Positions 12,278-26,900 of a stretch of DNA of 64,000 bases are shown one piece after another. Position numbers and translations under genes: made by a program. How positions within the stretch are numbered: the first letter of the stretch is position 1; each line of letters begins with the position of its first letter. Source of the stretch: Lama glama (Eukaryota); NCBI GenBank assembly GCA_028534125.1, contig CM052816.1:46688001-46752000 (forward strand), written 5' to 3'. The notes under the pieces are model-generated. The model was given only the letters and a program-made list of their open reading frames with translations. It ran no database searches and was not told where the DNA came from.

Positions 12278-15200
12278 GTAAGTACCTCTGACATTTCTCC
12301 AGGAAATAGAAATAGCCGGGGTATTGTCTCTGAAATCTGCATCAGTTATATTCCACTGCACCGAATCTATCCCTGTGCCTTTTTGGAGGCTGAAGTTAAG
12401 GCTTGCTGGCCATTCTTTTCTTAGATTCCGTGATTTCCTTGTGTTTTGCTAAAAGTAACTTTTTTGATAGTCTTTTCTGTTTGCCATCAGTTATTGAAAT
12501 CACTCCTGACTAGTTCTTGTCACACTAGTGTGTTTAAAGTTTCATGAAGTTAGTTCACATCATTAGCATGTTATGGTGGAGCGTGTGGAGCCTGTGGATT
12601 TTAATATTTCACAGAATGTTCTGTGACCTTGAAGTACATGCCTTAAGATTTAGCTGTTAGTTCACTATGCAAAGATGCTTCTGTGAGTCCCACCAAAGAC
12701 TGATTATTTGCTTTGGGTTATGCTTCTGAGCCACTAAATCTTGGGATTAGTTTGAGCTAAAGCATGGCTGTCTGTCAGAGTATACCTTTGTGCATCTCCT
12801 TCCTTTACCAAAGTGCTGGCTTGAGAGAGGGCTTCTTAACTGGTGTGGACAAAAAGTAATACCCTGGCCATGGTAGTCTATACATTTCACTGTTCTTGTT
12901 GGGATTTCAGTATATGCACTGCTGTTCAGATCGAGTCAAATACATAACTGTTTAAAAACAAACAAGGTTAAGTCACTTCAGTTGCCTTCTCTTTGGACTT
13001 TGGATGAAAGTTACCAAACTCAGTGATAAAGTTTGGCACAAATGAAGTATATATAGACACGGCACACTGTTTATTGTTTTATGAAATATTATGCAAGTAT
13101 TAAAGTTGAATACTAGTGTTATCTCCTTCTCAGAATACGGCTATTCATTCTTAAAGGAAATTGTATGTCTGAAACACGTCTGACTGTTCTAGGTCCAGTA
13201 GTTATCACTTTGGGGGAAAAGCTCTTTTTCTTCCCATTTTAAGAATGTGTGTCTTTTGTGTTAAATACCTTTATATGTAAATGCTGACAGTATAATAAGT
13301 AGAATCAGGCTCTCTGCCAGTTCTTTAACCGGTCCTCAGTGGAGAATTGCTTTGACATGAAGTGCGTTTTACTATTGTGCATCTGATACTAACTCTAATA
13401 GTAACCGTCTTGTGAAATGGTTAGTGCGTGCATATGTTTTCTAAGTGTTATAAAGGAACCCTGGCTACCTCATTATACCAGTCAAAGAGAGTGACCAGCC
13501 TCTTTTTCACTGGCACCTTGCAGTGGAATTGTGGTTGCAGAGTAAAGATGTTTATGTAGAGCATAATAACTCCAGTCCCTAGAGACTTGGTAGGACGTGG
13601 AAATGTGACCACCTGTGAACCCCATTTAACCTCTGTATTGCATACTAATTTTAGCTTTAAAGAGATTAACAATCTCCAAGTTGAAACTACATCTTGTTTA
13701 ATTTTTAAAATGATGTCAGTTTGGTCCAGTCTCTGAAAATGTTCAGTATGTACCAATGTGGCACAAGCAGTTTCGGTTAAATATAATGCAGTTAATAAAC
13801 CATATTATTGTCTTCCAGTATATGCATGAAGTTATTTATTAAATTAAAAGGGGTAGTTCTAAAGCAAGTGTCAGAACTTGACAGGTAAAATGACATGTAC
13901 CTATCTAATGTCTTATCTAAAGAGGGAAAAAAAACCTCTAAAATCAAATACCTCATTCTATTTGTAGGAAGATATATTTGGCTATATATTAGACTACTAA
14001 CTCAATTCTAAAAGTTTTCCTCAAAACACATTTTAAACTCAATGTTTGTTTAACATATGGTCCTCTAGTCAAGTTAAGGAGACAATAGCTGGCAGTTACG
14101 TTTACTTTAGGTTTTTACTAAACTTTAGAAAATCTACTGTTTTTTCTAATGTGATTCACACAACTTTGGAGTATTTGTAGCATATTTTCCATACTTCTTA
14201 CTAAAGACAGTATTTTACCTCATTCATTAGACTATTTACAGTCTGATTGCTGTGTATGTATGTGGAATATAGTGAAAGACAGTATTAAAGATGTAACTTT
14301 TAGTAAATATTAATTTATTTCTTATGTTTAAATAACAAATGAGCCTTCAGAATAAAAAGCCAATTTTCCGACTTTCCTGAGCTGTTCATACTTTAAAAGT
14401 ATGCAATTATATATATTAACTTTTCAGAACAAAAATATATTGATATTAAATATATAAAATTTAAATAACAAGAACCTTGCTGAACCTTGTCTCTTTTCTT
14501 CTTTGTAAACATATTCAGTTTTCAAAATTTAGGGTAAATGATTCATTCCATTAGGGAAAAGGGCTACCTAATGATTCAAAATTGAATCCTGAAAAAGCAT
14601 CATGTTTTATATTTTTCAGATTTCTCTGAGTTTCTTCTCTGACCCTCACTTTACCAAATCAATAAATTGCATAACACTAAACACTACAACCATATCTTTC
14701 CCATAAGTGATTTATTGTATTTAAACTTCTCTAAAAAAAAACTGAGCTAAATAACTCCTTGGCATATGTTAACATTATATTTCAAAACTTTCTTCTGTTT
14801 ATTGTAGTATATTTTGTGGTTTTATTTCCCAACTCTTGTGTGGTATACTTTGAGTCTCTGAAATCTCAGAAAGTGATAAAAATGGGGAAATATCTGTGCA
14901 GCAACACTTGTGCTACATAATGACAAAAAAAATAGTTATTAAACAGAGAACCCTGGCTTCAGGGACATGATTCAAAACAATGTGGAAGAATTTTGTATGC
15001 AGTTAAGGATCACAGAGTAGACTTTAAAGAGATTATTAATAAAGTTCTACTTTTTTTTTTCTCTAAGCACATCCTCTTAAGAGAACACCACACAAATTAA
15101 TATCTAAAAGTTACAAAAATGCACATATTCATTTTATGAATACAGTGATTGCCTGGACACAATGAGAAGATTTAATCACTGGTGCTCAGTCTGTGTGCTG

Positions 15201-18200
15201 TATGTGGAGGGTTGGGTGATTAAGATCCCTGTTCTCAGCACTGTACCTTAATCTCATGGGCGCGTGGACTGCCCTGCACTCAGTAAAGCCTGACTGTTCA
15301 CCGAGATCTGTCATCTTTAGGAAATCAAACCAGATTACAGAGGCAATTCACAAAACCAGGAGCGACAACAGAGTCTGTGCACCTTACAAAAGGCGGATTA
15401 CGCAGTTCACATGTTATTTTGATAGGTCAAAGATAAAAGCTGATTGTTGAGGAATGGCAAGACACTCCAATTTCAAATGATTGCTAGATAAGTATACCAC
15501 GACCCTGTTGCTTCCTCATTATGAAGAGCCATTCAAACAGTAGAAAACTCAGTTTTCAAATGACAGGCTTTCAATAATGACATAAGAGAAAACATCTCCC
15601 TTTTATATATGTCTTCCTTGCTTGTATTTTAAGTTCCATCACTTCTTTATGAACAGATATCTAGTTCTGGCTGCTTATATGAAGCAGTTATTATTATAAG
15701 GCTTAATTGCAGTAGACATTTTCAGAGGCGTTGTAGAGAGCGCAAAACAGAATTTGCCAGAAATAAAACATACACTCATAGTATTGAGTAACCGAGCAGA
15801 AAATGCACAGTAGTCAATAACCATTATGTTATTCTGTTACCAAATAGGTTCTTCGTAAAAATGTGGAATTCCTTAGTTAATGAATCCATACGTTTGAAAT
15901 ATATCTTGATAGATGTTTACTGGTCAGATTATATCTATTTCATGAATGTTTTGTAAAGGTCATTCTTTACAACAAAATATGAAGTTTTCAGAGTTTATTT
16001 CAGAGAATAAAGTTTTGGTTTACATAATAACATTTTGAAAACCCCAACTTCTTACATATCCAACTCTACAGTAATTTCTTGCTTCTTTAAATATTGAAGT
16101 CCTTTTTTCACCCAACTGATGCCTCCTAGTGTTTCGCACAATAAAACACTAATGAGTCACCCATAATGTAAACATTGCATTTTCATTGCCTACATCTTCT
16201 GTGATACATAAAATTAATATTTATGTGTTTAATTTTCTGTGCATTATTATAGTGAGATAGGAAATTCCAGTGAATGAAATGTTTCATCTGAGTAGATTTG
16301 TGGCACACACTTGCAGGGTTTCTTTGACCATAACAATATCTTACTAAGTTTTAATAAGTTTATTACCTTAAGCTCCAGTTCATATATTCACTGTTTATAT
16401 TCCCTCTTATTCCAAGTGGAAAACACAGGCAGAGTAGCAGAGCTTCCATTTTGTAGGCCTGGAAAATACGTAGCTGAGTTCATCCGCAAAAGCCTGACCA
16501 ACAAATTGCGAAGGGACTAACCGTTTCATTTAAACACTGAAATATCTCAAAAGAGATAGAAAATTTCACCTACTCTGTGTCTTCACATTTGCAAATTTCT
16601 GTGCAAAAGTGGAATAAAAAAGAGGATTTAGCAAAATAAAAAGTAAAGATAAATGTACAGATTCCCACAAATGTGGATTGTATCACTTTATTAGAAAATC
16701 ACAATAAAAAAGCTTGCTTTGGCAGCATAGTATTCTACCTAATAGAAGGAAAGCTTGTTGGAAAAACTTCTTATGACCAGCAAGTTGTCGAGGTCGAGGT
16801 CGAAGTCAGTGGATACCAACTCTGGTGTGAGTTTTCTGTCATTAGATGGTGAGTGTAGACTTTCAATGCTTTCCCACTTAAATGATTTCAGACAACTTTC
16901 TGATTCTACTTACAAAAAATAGAGACTTTAGTTTCTGAATATTTATTCTTTAAAATGTCTATGAAAGGCAGAAGGCTTTCCCCAATGGGTCTGAAATTCA
17001 AAAGATGCACCTTAAAGCCTGTAACATTTATGGGCCTCCTCCTGAGTTGCCATACCACACACAAGTGCACAAAAACACTCACAGATTGCTTCTAACACAA
17101 GTGTTCTGAGCGTCCAGGCATAGACCCTAGACTGAGGCTGAACTGAGCATAGTTCATTTCCCTTACCTGTGTATGCGTCTCTTAGTTTTCCTGATTCAAA
17201 ACATGTGCATTTTAACGATATTTGCCTCCCATTTAAGATTTTTCTAATCTGGTCAATAATACAGTGTTATTACAATTCTGTGCATGTTGGACACATTTCA
17301 AAGAATGTTAGGGGGTGTGTTCCTTTCGTTCTAGGAAGCAAACATGTAGAAAGGGGTGGACCTTTCCCACAAGAGCCACATTTCTTCCCTTGGAGAATTG
17401 AAGCAAATATGCAGTATGTAAGTGAATAACAGCATGAGAAAGAAAATAATTTCTAATGGTCTGCTATAGTTAGTGAGCAAAGGAAACTGTCAGGTTTTTC
17501 CTAAAAGTGGTTCCTATTGATAACCTTTCTCACACTGAATGCTGAAAAAAGTCTTTGAGAATTTTGTAATTTTAATATTACTTAACTTCTATAAAGTGCA
17601 CTACAACTAATTTTGCTCAAAACAAGAATTCAGTAGTAACTATTTTATAGATGTATTGAGGCATAAAGAAATCAAGAGAGCTAAAAGCACCCATTCCCTA
17701 CCTTTCTTAAGAAGTAGATAGCTTCGGTGTTCTTACACTAGTTTTTGTCCGTGCAGGAAAAATAAAGAAAATTCTATAACAAAGAATACCATTGTAGAAA
17801 AATAAGATTATAAAAAAGATTATCCAATATAGCATTATCTTAAATTTCTTTGGTATTATTTTAACATTAACTACAAAAAGGAAAGTTATATTCCTAATAA
17901 ATATGGAAATTGTATGATACCTGTTTTGTACGTGTTTTTGGGTTTGAGGTGATAACATGAGTAGCATTCATTTGTCATCTTAATGCACGTTGTCATTATA
18001 TTGCCTGAGTTAAATCTCTGTGTTTATTTTAAAAATACAGCCAGTGTAAACAAACTTCAAAGTATGCATGAAGATAATCTTTTGAGGACATTATAAAGGA
18101 AATCAGTGACATTACAAGAGATTAAAAACAGCAAACCTATTACAGGCAGAATTCTGCAGGAATCATTACTCTTAAATAATGCAGACATTATAGAGACTTT

Positions 18201-21200
18201 ATTAATTCTTAATGTTGTAAATTTGCAACGACTGGAGCAATGTTGTTCTTCTTGCAAGTGGTCGCAATTCATGTAGAATGACAGTGCCGATCTTCTAGCA
18301 ATAATTTAATTGAAGTACCTTAAACTTGTTTTCAGAGACTGGAGAAACTGATCTCTGAAGCAGTCCCTGGTGAGAACCTGCTTTTTACAAATAGTATCCT
18401 GAGTGTGGTCTGGTTTTCCTCTTGTATCTTGTTGTCATAGATAAGATGCACATGAAGAATTCATATAAATTGTTCTCGGAAATAATAACCAATGGATATG
18501 GTCTTTTGATAGAATGCAAAGTGTTTTTTTTTAAACAGCTAACAACTACCTCTCTTTTTCACACCTCTGTAATTCTTTCAGCAAGTTAGAATGATAGCAA
18601 GAGAATGCGTCTTCCCCCGAACCCTGAAGATAGGCAGCTTTGGCTTAGATATGCTTATTTAATTGCAAAATTGGAAAATAGATTCACTAATGTAAATAAG
18701 TGGGGACAGACAAGGGAATTAGTCTACTACTTAATAGAGTAAACATGACTTTTTTTAACCTTCTAATTAATTGTTGACCATTGCATGAGGTATACAACTA
18801 AGGCTTATTATGGAAAGCTGGTAATATTGCTTAATATCATAGGAGAGATTGGGATTTCTGTAAAGTAATTTTGAAAATGTGATTATTTAGCAGAAATATT
18901 CACTGGAGCATTTCATTTTTAGAAATCATGGTCACACAAGGAAGCCTTTATAGGACCGACTACCTAATTGCAGACAAAAATCTCTTTAATGAATGAACAC
19001 ACACACAGAAGAACGCATACTTTAAAAATATAATAGCCCTATATTTTTCAATTTTTTTGCCACATTCTTTATATCTGAACAGAATGTGCATGTCTAAGCA
19101 GATGTTTTAAGTTATATCCTTCATGTAGGTGAGCCTGTAAGTGTACCATTTAACTTAAATGGTTTTGTGGGAAGGTAGTTTGAGGAGTTTAAAAAGGAGA
19201 AAAAAAAAACCCTCCAGTTACTATAGTTTCAGCTCTTTCTTTTTAAAAACAGTAATTACACTCAGGATAAAGAAAGAAAAATAAACTCTTTTAATTCTTG
19301 GTAACATCCACAGTTTCTGAGGCAGCGCTCTGGTGTATTTTTATTTCTGAGCATGCAGGGCAGGTACTGGCAGCACAGCTACAAAATGAAAACTTCCTGG
19401 CTGCAGACCAGATACAGTGCACAGTGCCACATCAGAAACTTCCCCTCTTCTGTCTCCGAGTGATTTCAGCCCGAAGTCATGTCCTTTTTTCCCCTTGCGT
19501 AGGCTCAGGACCGGAGGGCCTTCTTCCTGGGCAGTCGCTTTGGGAAAGGAAAAGCATAACGTTTCCCTTCTTCAACTTGAAAACTCTGCTTCTTAAATCA
19601 CTGAGACCTTAGCTGCAAAGTGGATTCAGTATGTTTCCTTTTTCTTCCCATATAGCCGTTTAGAATGCGTAAAACAATAGGTATACGATACAAAATGAGC
19701 CCTCTTCCCCACCCCCCTCCTCCAGCACATGCAGGCCCAATCAGATGTCTGTACTTTTTTGTTTTGCAGAGAAAAATGTAATGGTTTCTTCCCATTGAAG
19801 CCCGTGCATTATATTCCAAATATGTTAGGTCATTTTGTGATGCAAATTAACGTTGAGTGGTTTTTGTACTTGTCTCGGGAAATAGCAATGTTCCACCACA
19901 CTATGTGGCACTACAGTAATTTTTTTATTGATAAACATTCACACTTTAAATGATTACTAGGTCAAAATACAAAGGAAATATGGCTCTAGGTTTCAGATTT
20001 GGTTTACGCTTTTCATTTGAAAGATATGGTGTAAGTAATGCAGTTATTATCCCCATGCAGAATAGATCAACTTCTAAATATCTGCATTGATATTCTTTGC
20101 ATTTGAAGACATAGTCTGAAAACTTGTACTTCTTCTTATAAAGTTAAAAAAAAAAGTGTTAAAACCAGTCTTTAATTACTAGTTACATTTTCAGTCGTTA
20201 CCAATGTGATTGTTAAAATTTCTATTAAAAAATAATTCCTAGCTGCCATGACTCTTTTCAGTCAGTAGTAGAATTCTTATTTGTGTGAGGTGTAATCAAA
20301 TTATTGCTAGCACACGTTTCTAAAACTAGCCTTCTCTTGTAGAGATGTATTAAATGGGAGCCTTAAGTGCAAAGTGTTACTGCGTAATATTTGTTCCAAC
20401 TTTATTTTTAAACTAAATTATTGATTTAACAGTATACAAATAGCATATAAATGTTAGTGTATTCATTAACCCACCAAACCAATTATTAATTGCCTACATA
20501 AAATTTACCAGGTCAAAACAATGGTTAAATGTAACTTAATTTTATTTCTTCTTAAACTAAGATAGATTGAAAAATTGATTTTAATTATGTTTATGTATCA
20601 AGCAACTATTTTTCTGTGAATGCAAATGTTTCCTAATAAAGTGTTAAGAAATTAACAGAACATAGATCTTAAAAGGTAAAAGGTAGCTCAGAGGAGTATG
20701 ATCACAATGGCCTATTCTTGCCTTAGGTGTTATGAGCAAGAGCCCTACTCCTGGAACACTTTCAAGGCCCATTAGCAAGAGGAAAAAATGTTAAATTTTT
20801 TTTGCATATATTAATATACATAGGAGTCAGTAATTTTTTGACATTTATTTCTTACAAAATTAGACATTCTGTTTAAAAATTCAGATTCGACCTTTAAAAC
20901 TATGCTTTTATTTAGGATATGGTAGGAGACTTCTTTATCTTCTTGGAATTCTCCTGAACTGTAGGATAATTTGAATCATCACCACTTCAAAAATATTGTT
21001 AGACACATTTGTAAAGTTTCAGTTGTTTAATATGTATACTGGAAAAATTTTTAATAGAAAATGAACTGTTTTATATTATAAAATTATGCCTGATTAAAAC
21101 GTGAACTTCTTGGAGTTTCCTGAAGTAGATAATTCTCTAGGCAAGAAATTTAAAAAATTTTAAACTGTTAATCAGTAAATGACCACGTACTTTTTTAAGT

Positions 21201-22188
21201 TGCCTGATTCCCATTCACATCTGAAGAGCCTTAGTAAATTGTTGGATGATCTTTAAGTAAAGGTTTTGTGGTCCAGAAAGTAGATCTTTCTACCCTTCTT
21301 CTGTTGCATTTAATATAAATATGTTAAAAAGGTATGAATCCAGACCTAGTTTCATTAGGATTATTTTTCTTAACAATATGAAGATGAACAAACATGGCTA
21401 TTAAAAATAAAAAAGTGTATCCTTTGGTTGATTTCTAAGTATTTATCAAAAGACCACTTAGAGTCTGTCTAGGTTATAGGTTAAGGAAATAACTTCGACT
21501 ACCTTTTCCTTTTCTTTCACCTTTGAGTTTTTCTCCCCTTACATAAACCAAAAAGAAAATCTCATGATGACATTAATTAATAGCTTAGCAAAGGGCCAGA
21601 TAAAATACTCAATCCCATTGCTTGTTTCCATATGGCCCTTTGGTTGAAATGAATGCACAACGTCCCTTCTAGAACTATGTGAGCTTTCTTGAGTTAGTGT
21701 GAGCACTATGTGATTTTTTTTGCCTTCTCTCATTTTTTAGCTTCAAAAATCAACGAATTCTTGACTTTACCCTTCTTTTTCCCCAAATTTTTATTGGTTT
21801 TGGATTCTCTCCTGTGTTCTCTTCTTGCTTCAGAATATTTGGTATTGTGAGAAATCAAGTGCACTTTTAACTTGTTTTGACTACACATGTGAGATCATAG
21901 AATTGTTTCAGGTGTTAACTTATCTCCTTACTCTTGAGAGCTTGATGTGGTTCATCACAGCCCAATGCCATGTCATGAAAGAGCTCTAGACACTGATTTT
22001 GAAGCAGCGAAAACTACAGAATATCTTTATAAGGAACTGCCAACAGCTTTCGAGTCAGTGGCTGGTCCATCCATAGCAAAAATGCACAGCATTATGAAGT
22101 CTCAGGAGATGGGACAGTTGTTGGACTAGATGAAGCAGATTATGGCTTTGATTGTATTTGGTGCATTCTTGGGCCAAATCTCCAAGGG

Positions 22189-22222
22189 GTGTGTGTGTGT
22201 GCGCGCGCGCGCGCGTGTGTGT
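22189..22222. repeat. Compound microsatellite (GT)6(GC)7(GT)4
   Basis: Read directly from the sequence; 34 bp of strictly alternating purine/pyrimidine. Confidence 0.95.
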
Positions 22223-22419
22223 AAAGGGAGAGATGAGAGGGGAAGAGCAGAGACTTAAGAGACAAAAAGCCTGAGAGGATGTGGATGAATGCAAGACAAA
22301 GAGAAAATCAGTTCTCTTGATTTGCAAGCATAAAGAGTTTGAAGACCACATTGCCATATTAATATCATTTCTTTAATTATACGTATGTGTGCTATTAGAC
22401 AAACAGGCCCATAAGCAAT

Positions 22420-22645
22420 AGAAAGTAATGTTTAAGAGCAAAGGCCAAACTGAGTTCAAAATCTAGCCTTCCATTTACTGGTTAGTGGCTTTAGGTAGGT
22501 AATTTAACCATCAGAAAGCCTTGGTTTCAGAATCTGTAAAATGGGTGTGATAATACCACCCACTTTTAGAGTTATTGTAAGGATTAAACAGGATAATACG
22601 TATAAAAACCAATGTAAGTGGTAAGTAATTAGTAAATTATTATAA
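22420..22645 (+). mobile_element. MIR SINE
   Basis: CTGAGTTCAAAATCTAGC...ATTTAACC...GGTTTC...ATCTGTAAAATGGG...GTTATTGTAAGGATTAAA. Confidence 0.75.
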
Positions 22646-23893
22646 TAGCACTACACTGTATTTTAATTATTTTATCTTCCTGCCAGTGATGATCCCTTAG
22701 AAATCCTTGGTGGAATAATTATTTTGAACTTTCTTTTTCAATAGTGCTTTCATACCATTAAAATTGGGTCACTTTCGGGGCAAGTCTCTAATTCTGATGT
22801 TATGTTGGGTCAATGCTAATGATCGCTAGGTACAGTATACTCCAAGAAAAGCAAAATCTTTCACAGATCAGATGTTATTAAATATCACGCTATTTTTAGA
22901 ACCAGAAATAGAACCAAAGAAACAAAATAATTTCATCTATGAGTTTTAAAAGTCTTTTATTGAAAGTTCTGAATTCCAGATAGATTCTTGCTTTTTAGTT
23001 TTAATAAAAGTTCAGTTTGGAGGAAGTGTTTGAGGTACACAGAGTTATTATGTGGTTTTAATAGTGAAAACAGCCTCAGTAAGAATTCTAAACTTTTTTC
23101 CCTTAGCATTACCCACTTTGAAGGATATATTAGTATTCTTTGTTTTTCTTATTGTGCAGTTTTGATTGTATGTGAACATAAATTATGAAGAATGAATGTC
23201 ATTTTACTTATCTTTCCATTTCTTCATACTCTTGCATGTAATTGGTATACTATAGATATTTGTTGAATAAATTAATTATATTGACTTGTAAAGAGAAAAT
23301 ACATTTTTCATTGGAATAGTTTAAAAAAACTAAATGGCACTCCTGCCATCCATTATTTCCCCAGATTTGAGGGATTGTTCATTTTAATTATAGTTTATCA
23401 ACTTTGAGATGAAGAACAAATGAACTTATCTTAATTTGAGTATTTTTCTTTATGTGAGAAGAAATACAAAGTAGTCTAGAAAATGCAGAATTTTACGTGA
23501 GGATTACACAAATAAGCGAATTTAGGTAAGATGTGGATGAAAGTAGGAATATATCTGGTCTCAGAGTCTATTTACCACATTTTTGTTCAGATTTTACATT
23601 TATGTAATTTCTCAAAGAAATTCGTATTTTGGATGACAGGTAGTGTCTATGAGGCTGCCCCTTTTAGACAGCCTGTGGAGTTGCAACCACTTGAAATTAT
23701 TCTCATGCTCTTGAATAACTCCCCTCCGGTGTGCACCTCGCATTTCAGCTTTCTTTTCCAGCCCTGATTTAATGCTTGGCTGAAGAGTGTTCAGTGCAAG
23801 GAATACTTGCAGAGTGGACTTCCCTATGGTAAAACAGCATGGACAGCTCCCAACACTGCAATCAAGGATGCCTCTAAAAAGCTTTAATTTAAA

Positions 23894-23913
23894 AATAATA
23901 ATAATAATAATAA
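23894..23913. repeat. (AAT)6 microsatellite
   Basis: Read directly from the sequence. Confidence 0.9.
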
Positions 23914-26900
23914 GTCTGCATGAAGATGATGGAGCCCTCTAAGGCACATGGGCTTAGAGAATTATTCCCATCTGCAACCCCCTCCCCCTGCTTAGTAGCC
24001 CTTTCCAGGGTTATGATTACTGGAAAATGGCTGTTAATCACCAGATTTTTTTTTTGACTGCAGCTGCTTCAGTCAGACTACTAATCTATTAAACAACTTC
24101 GTCTCCAGTTTAAAATTTGTATTGTATACTGTATAGAATAAATTTTCATTGTAATCAGAGCATCCAAGAGAACTTCCTGATATGATTTATAGAAGCACAT
24201 TTGTTTTTATGTATGGACCTCTGGTGCTACTGAGCCAACTGTTTAAACAATACTGTGGTTGATCAGCATAAAATCAAATATTGTAGCACTATTGAGTGCA
24301 AGCAGCATTTACAATAGTCACATTTGCAGAATATTTGAATTGTGGCATCTCTAGCACTTGGCAATATAATAGCCACATAATTCAAAACTTAACCCAGATA
24401 TTTAAAATTTGACTTGAACCTGAAATGGTTTTTAGAAGTTTAGATTCTCATACCAGACTGTGGTAGAGTGGTTTGGCCTCTTTTTCTACCCTAATGCTTA
24501 TTATATTTGCCATAATTTGAAGAAATAGTCCAAAACCTGAATCAATATTTAGTGCTGGGAGAGGACAAAACAGCTCTGATTTACAAAGACCCTTTTAAAA
24601 CACATTCTTGTATGTAAAATTGACAGGCTACAAGAGGTGCTTGGATGAAGTTCATCATGTTGGAAAGAATGTTTCAATTAAAGTTGAGCACTTTCTCTTC
24701 CAGGTCTTTTTTTCTCCATTTTTTATTTGCTGTGCCAAGGTATCCATGTGCGTTTTTCCACTGTCATCTGGCTCATTCCCAGCAGATGCACACAATCTGT
24801 TCTGCTGTCACTAACAGGGTTCGGTTTATGAAAAGAATGTGTCAGAACATGCCACTATAGTCACTTTTACAGGTTTTTTTTTAAGAGTAACTGAGAATAT
24901 ATGCATTGCCCTAGTTTTATTGTACTCAGCCTTTAAGAGATTTCTAAGAAACCTTTATAATATTCGTAGACCAAAAGCTTTCTTCCAAACATACTTTTGA
25001 CCAAATATTTGCTTTCTATTAAAAATAAAATTTTAGAAGTTCACAAAACATCTTTAATGATGAACTGAATGTATTGTATTTAAATGTAAGAGTAGATTTT
25101 TATAGGAATGTTTAAAATAAACCCAAGATTTTTATGAAAAATAATTTTCAATTATAAAATTTACTTTATAATCATTAAATACATATCTCCTACTGAAAAC
25201 AAACCTGCTTTCCTACTCAAATCAAGGCTTTATTTTAAAAAATAATTGTGATATACTACTTAGCATCAATTATTTGACTTGATCGATAATATTGGTTTCC
25301 TTAAGTCTTCGACTGACATCATTACATTAAATCAAAAGCAGTTAAACTATCAAATTCATCCTTATTCTGTATAAAGACATTTGATAAATTGTACTGTCAA
25401 ATCATATAACATTTTTCTTTTGTAGTTGTTCACATTTTAAAAGCATAATAGGTAAATAATTCTGAGTTTAATTTTTATTTATTAAGGTGTCTCTATGCCT
25501 ATTAAATATTCTGAATAAAAATTCAGTTTTTAGTTGTTTTCTTCATAGAAAACAATTTCTCTGGCTTTATACGAATTATTTAAAAAGTGAGCATTAGAAA
25601 TGTGGAAGTAATGAGCTTAATAATGTAGTAGATTGTGAAGTTTAAGCATGTATAGTAAGTACATACTGCATAACATATGCACATACAAATAAATAATGGA
25701 CACATTTGCATTTTGTATACAGGTTATGGTATTTAAGTATCTCCCGGAATAGAAGATTTTTAAATGTACTTAAGTGCTAATTTTAGATTTTTAAAATGAT
25801 TTTTGATATGAAGAACGACTCAAAGTCCAGAAAAACTGAACATTTTTCATCAAAGTTATAATTCACATGAACTAAAAATGAAGATTCAGAAACTATTAAT
25901 GGATGACCACTTATACAAATTAAGCATTAATTATATATATTTAAATAGGAAAACGAATTATTAGATTTCTGCATAAGGAAAATTTGTGAAGTACATTTTA
26001 AAATGTAATTTATGTCAGAAATTTTTCTGATTATGAAACTGATATATCGTCACATAGACAACTCAGGCAATACATATAAAGAGACATTTTTGAAACAACT
26101 TTGCAAATTTAAGCAAGAAAATAATTTTCTTAAAGCTCATTGGTTCTGTTGTCACATCATATGGATGAATTGCTAAATTATCTTTCTAGAATTGTATCAA
26201 ATGATTGTTATAGTTTTTGTTACTTTTTTTAAAGTTTCAAGAAATAATGATGACTCTTGTCTAATATTCATCTATAAGGGATTAATTTTCAGAACCTTTA
26301 AAAAGTGACTGCCATTAAAAAAAAGTTGATATAGAAAGAGGAATCCTTGTCCATTAAATTTCAAACATAGCAATGTATACTTGTCCATTGTAAGTTGATT
26401 TTGTAATGTTTTTGATGATGTGAACAGGGCATATATATTTGAGATGAATGACAAAGGTCAGTTCTGGAGTTCACTTTTTCTTGCCCATGTTTTAATTTAT
26501 TCATGACACTATGTGTCAGATAACTTTACTTTTAACTAGTCTGTATGGACTTGAATTGTTTAGTTTTTGGTAATCCTGAATATTTGCACTTGGGATAAAA
26601 AGGCTATTCTACACCAAGAATCATGGTGGTGAACTGAAAAGAATGTTTGGTAGAACCCCATAAGATATCAGAGCCTCTTACTCTTCCCCTCAAGCCATCG
26701 GCAGTGGAACTGGGGGAGAATGACCATAGTGCATTACAAGATGGTAGACCTGACCTTACTAAGTGACTACTGCTGGTATTGGAGGAGGAGTCACAAGGAC
26801 TGGAGAACAACCAGAGTCTTTTCAAATTCGCTACAATTTGAATATACATGAGATCATCTCAAGACAAAACTCCATAGGCAAACTTAATTACACTTGTCCT

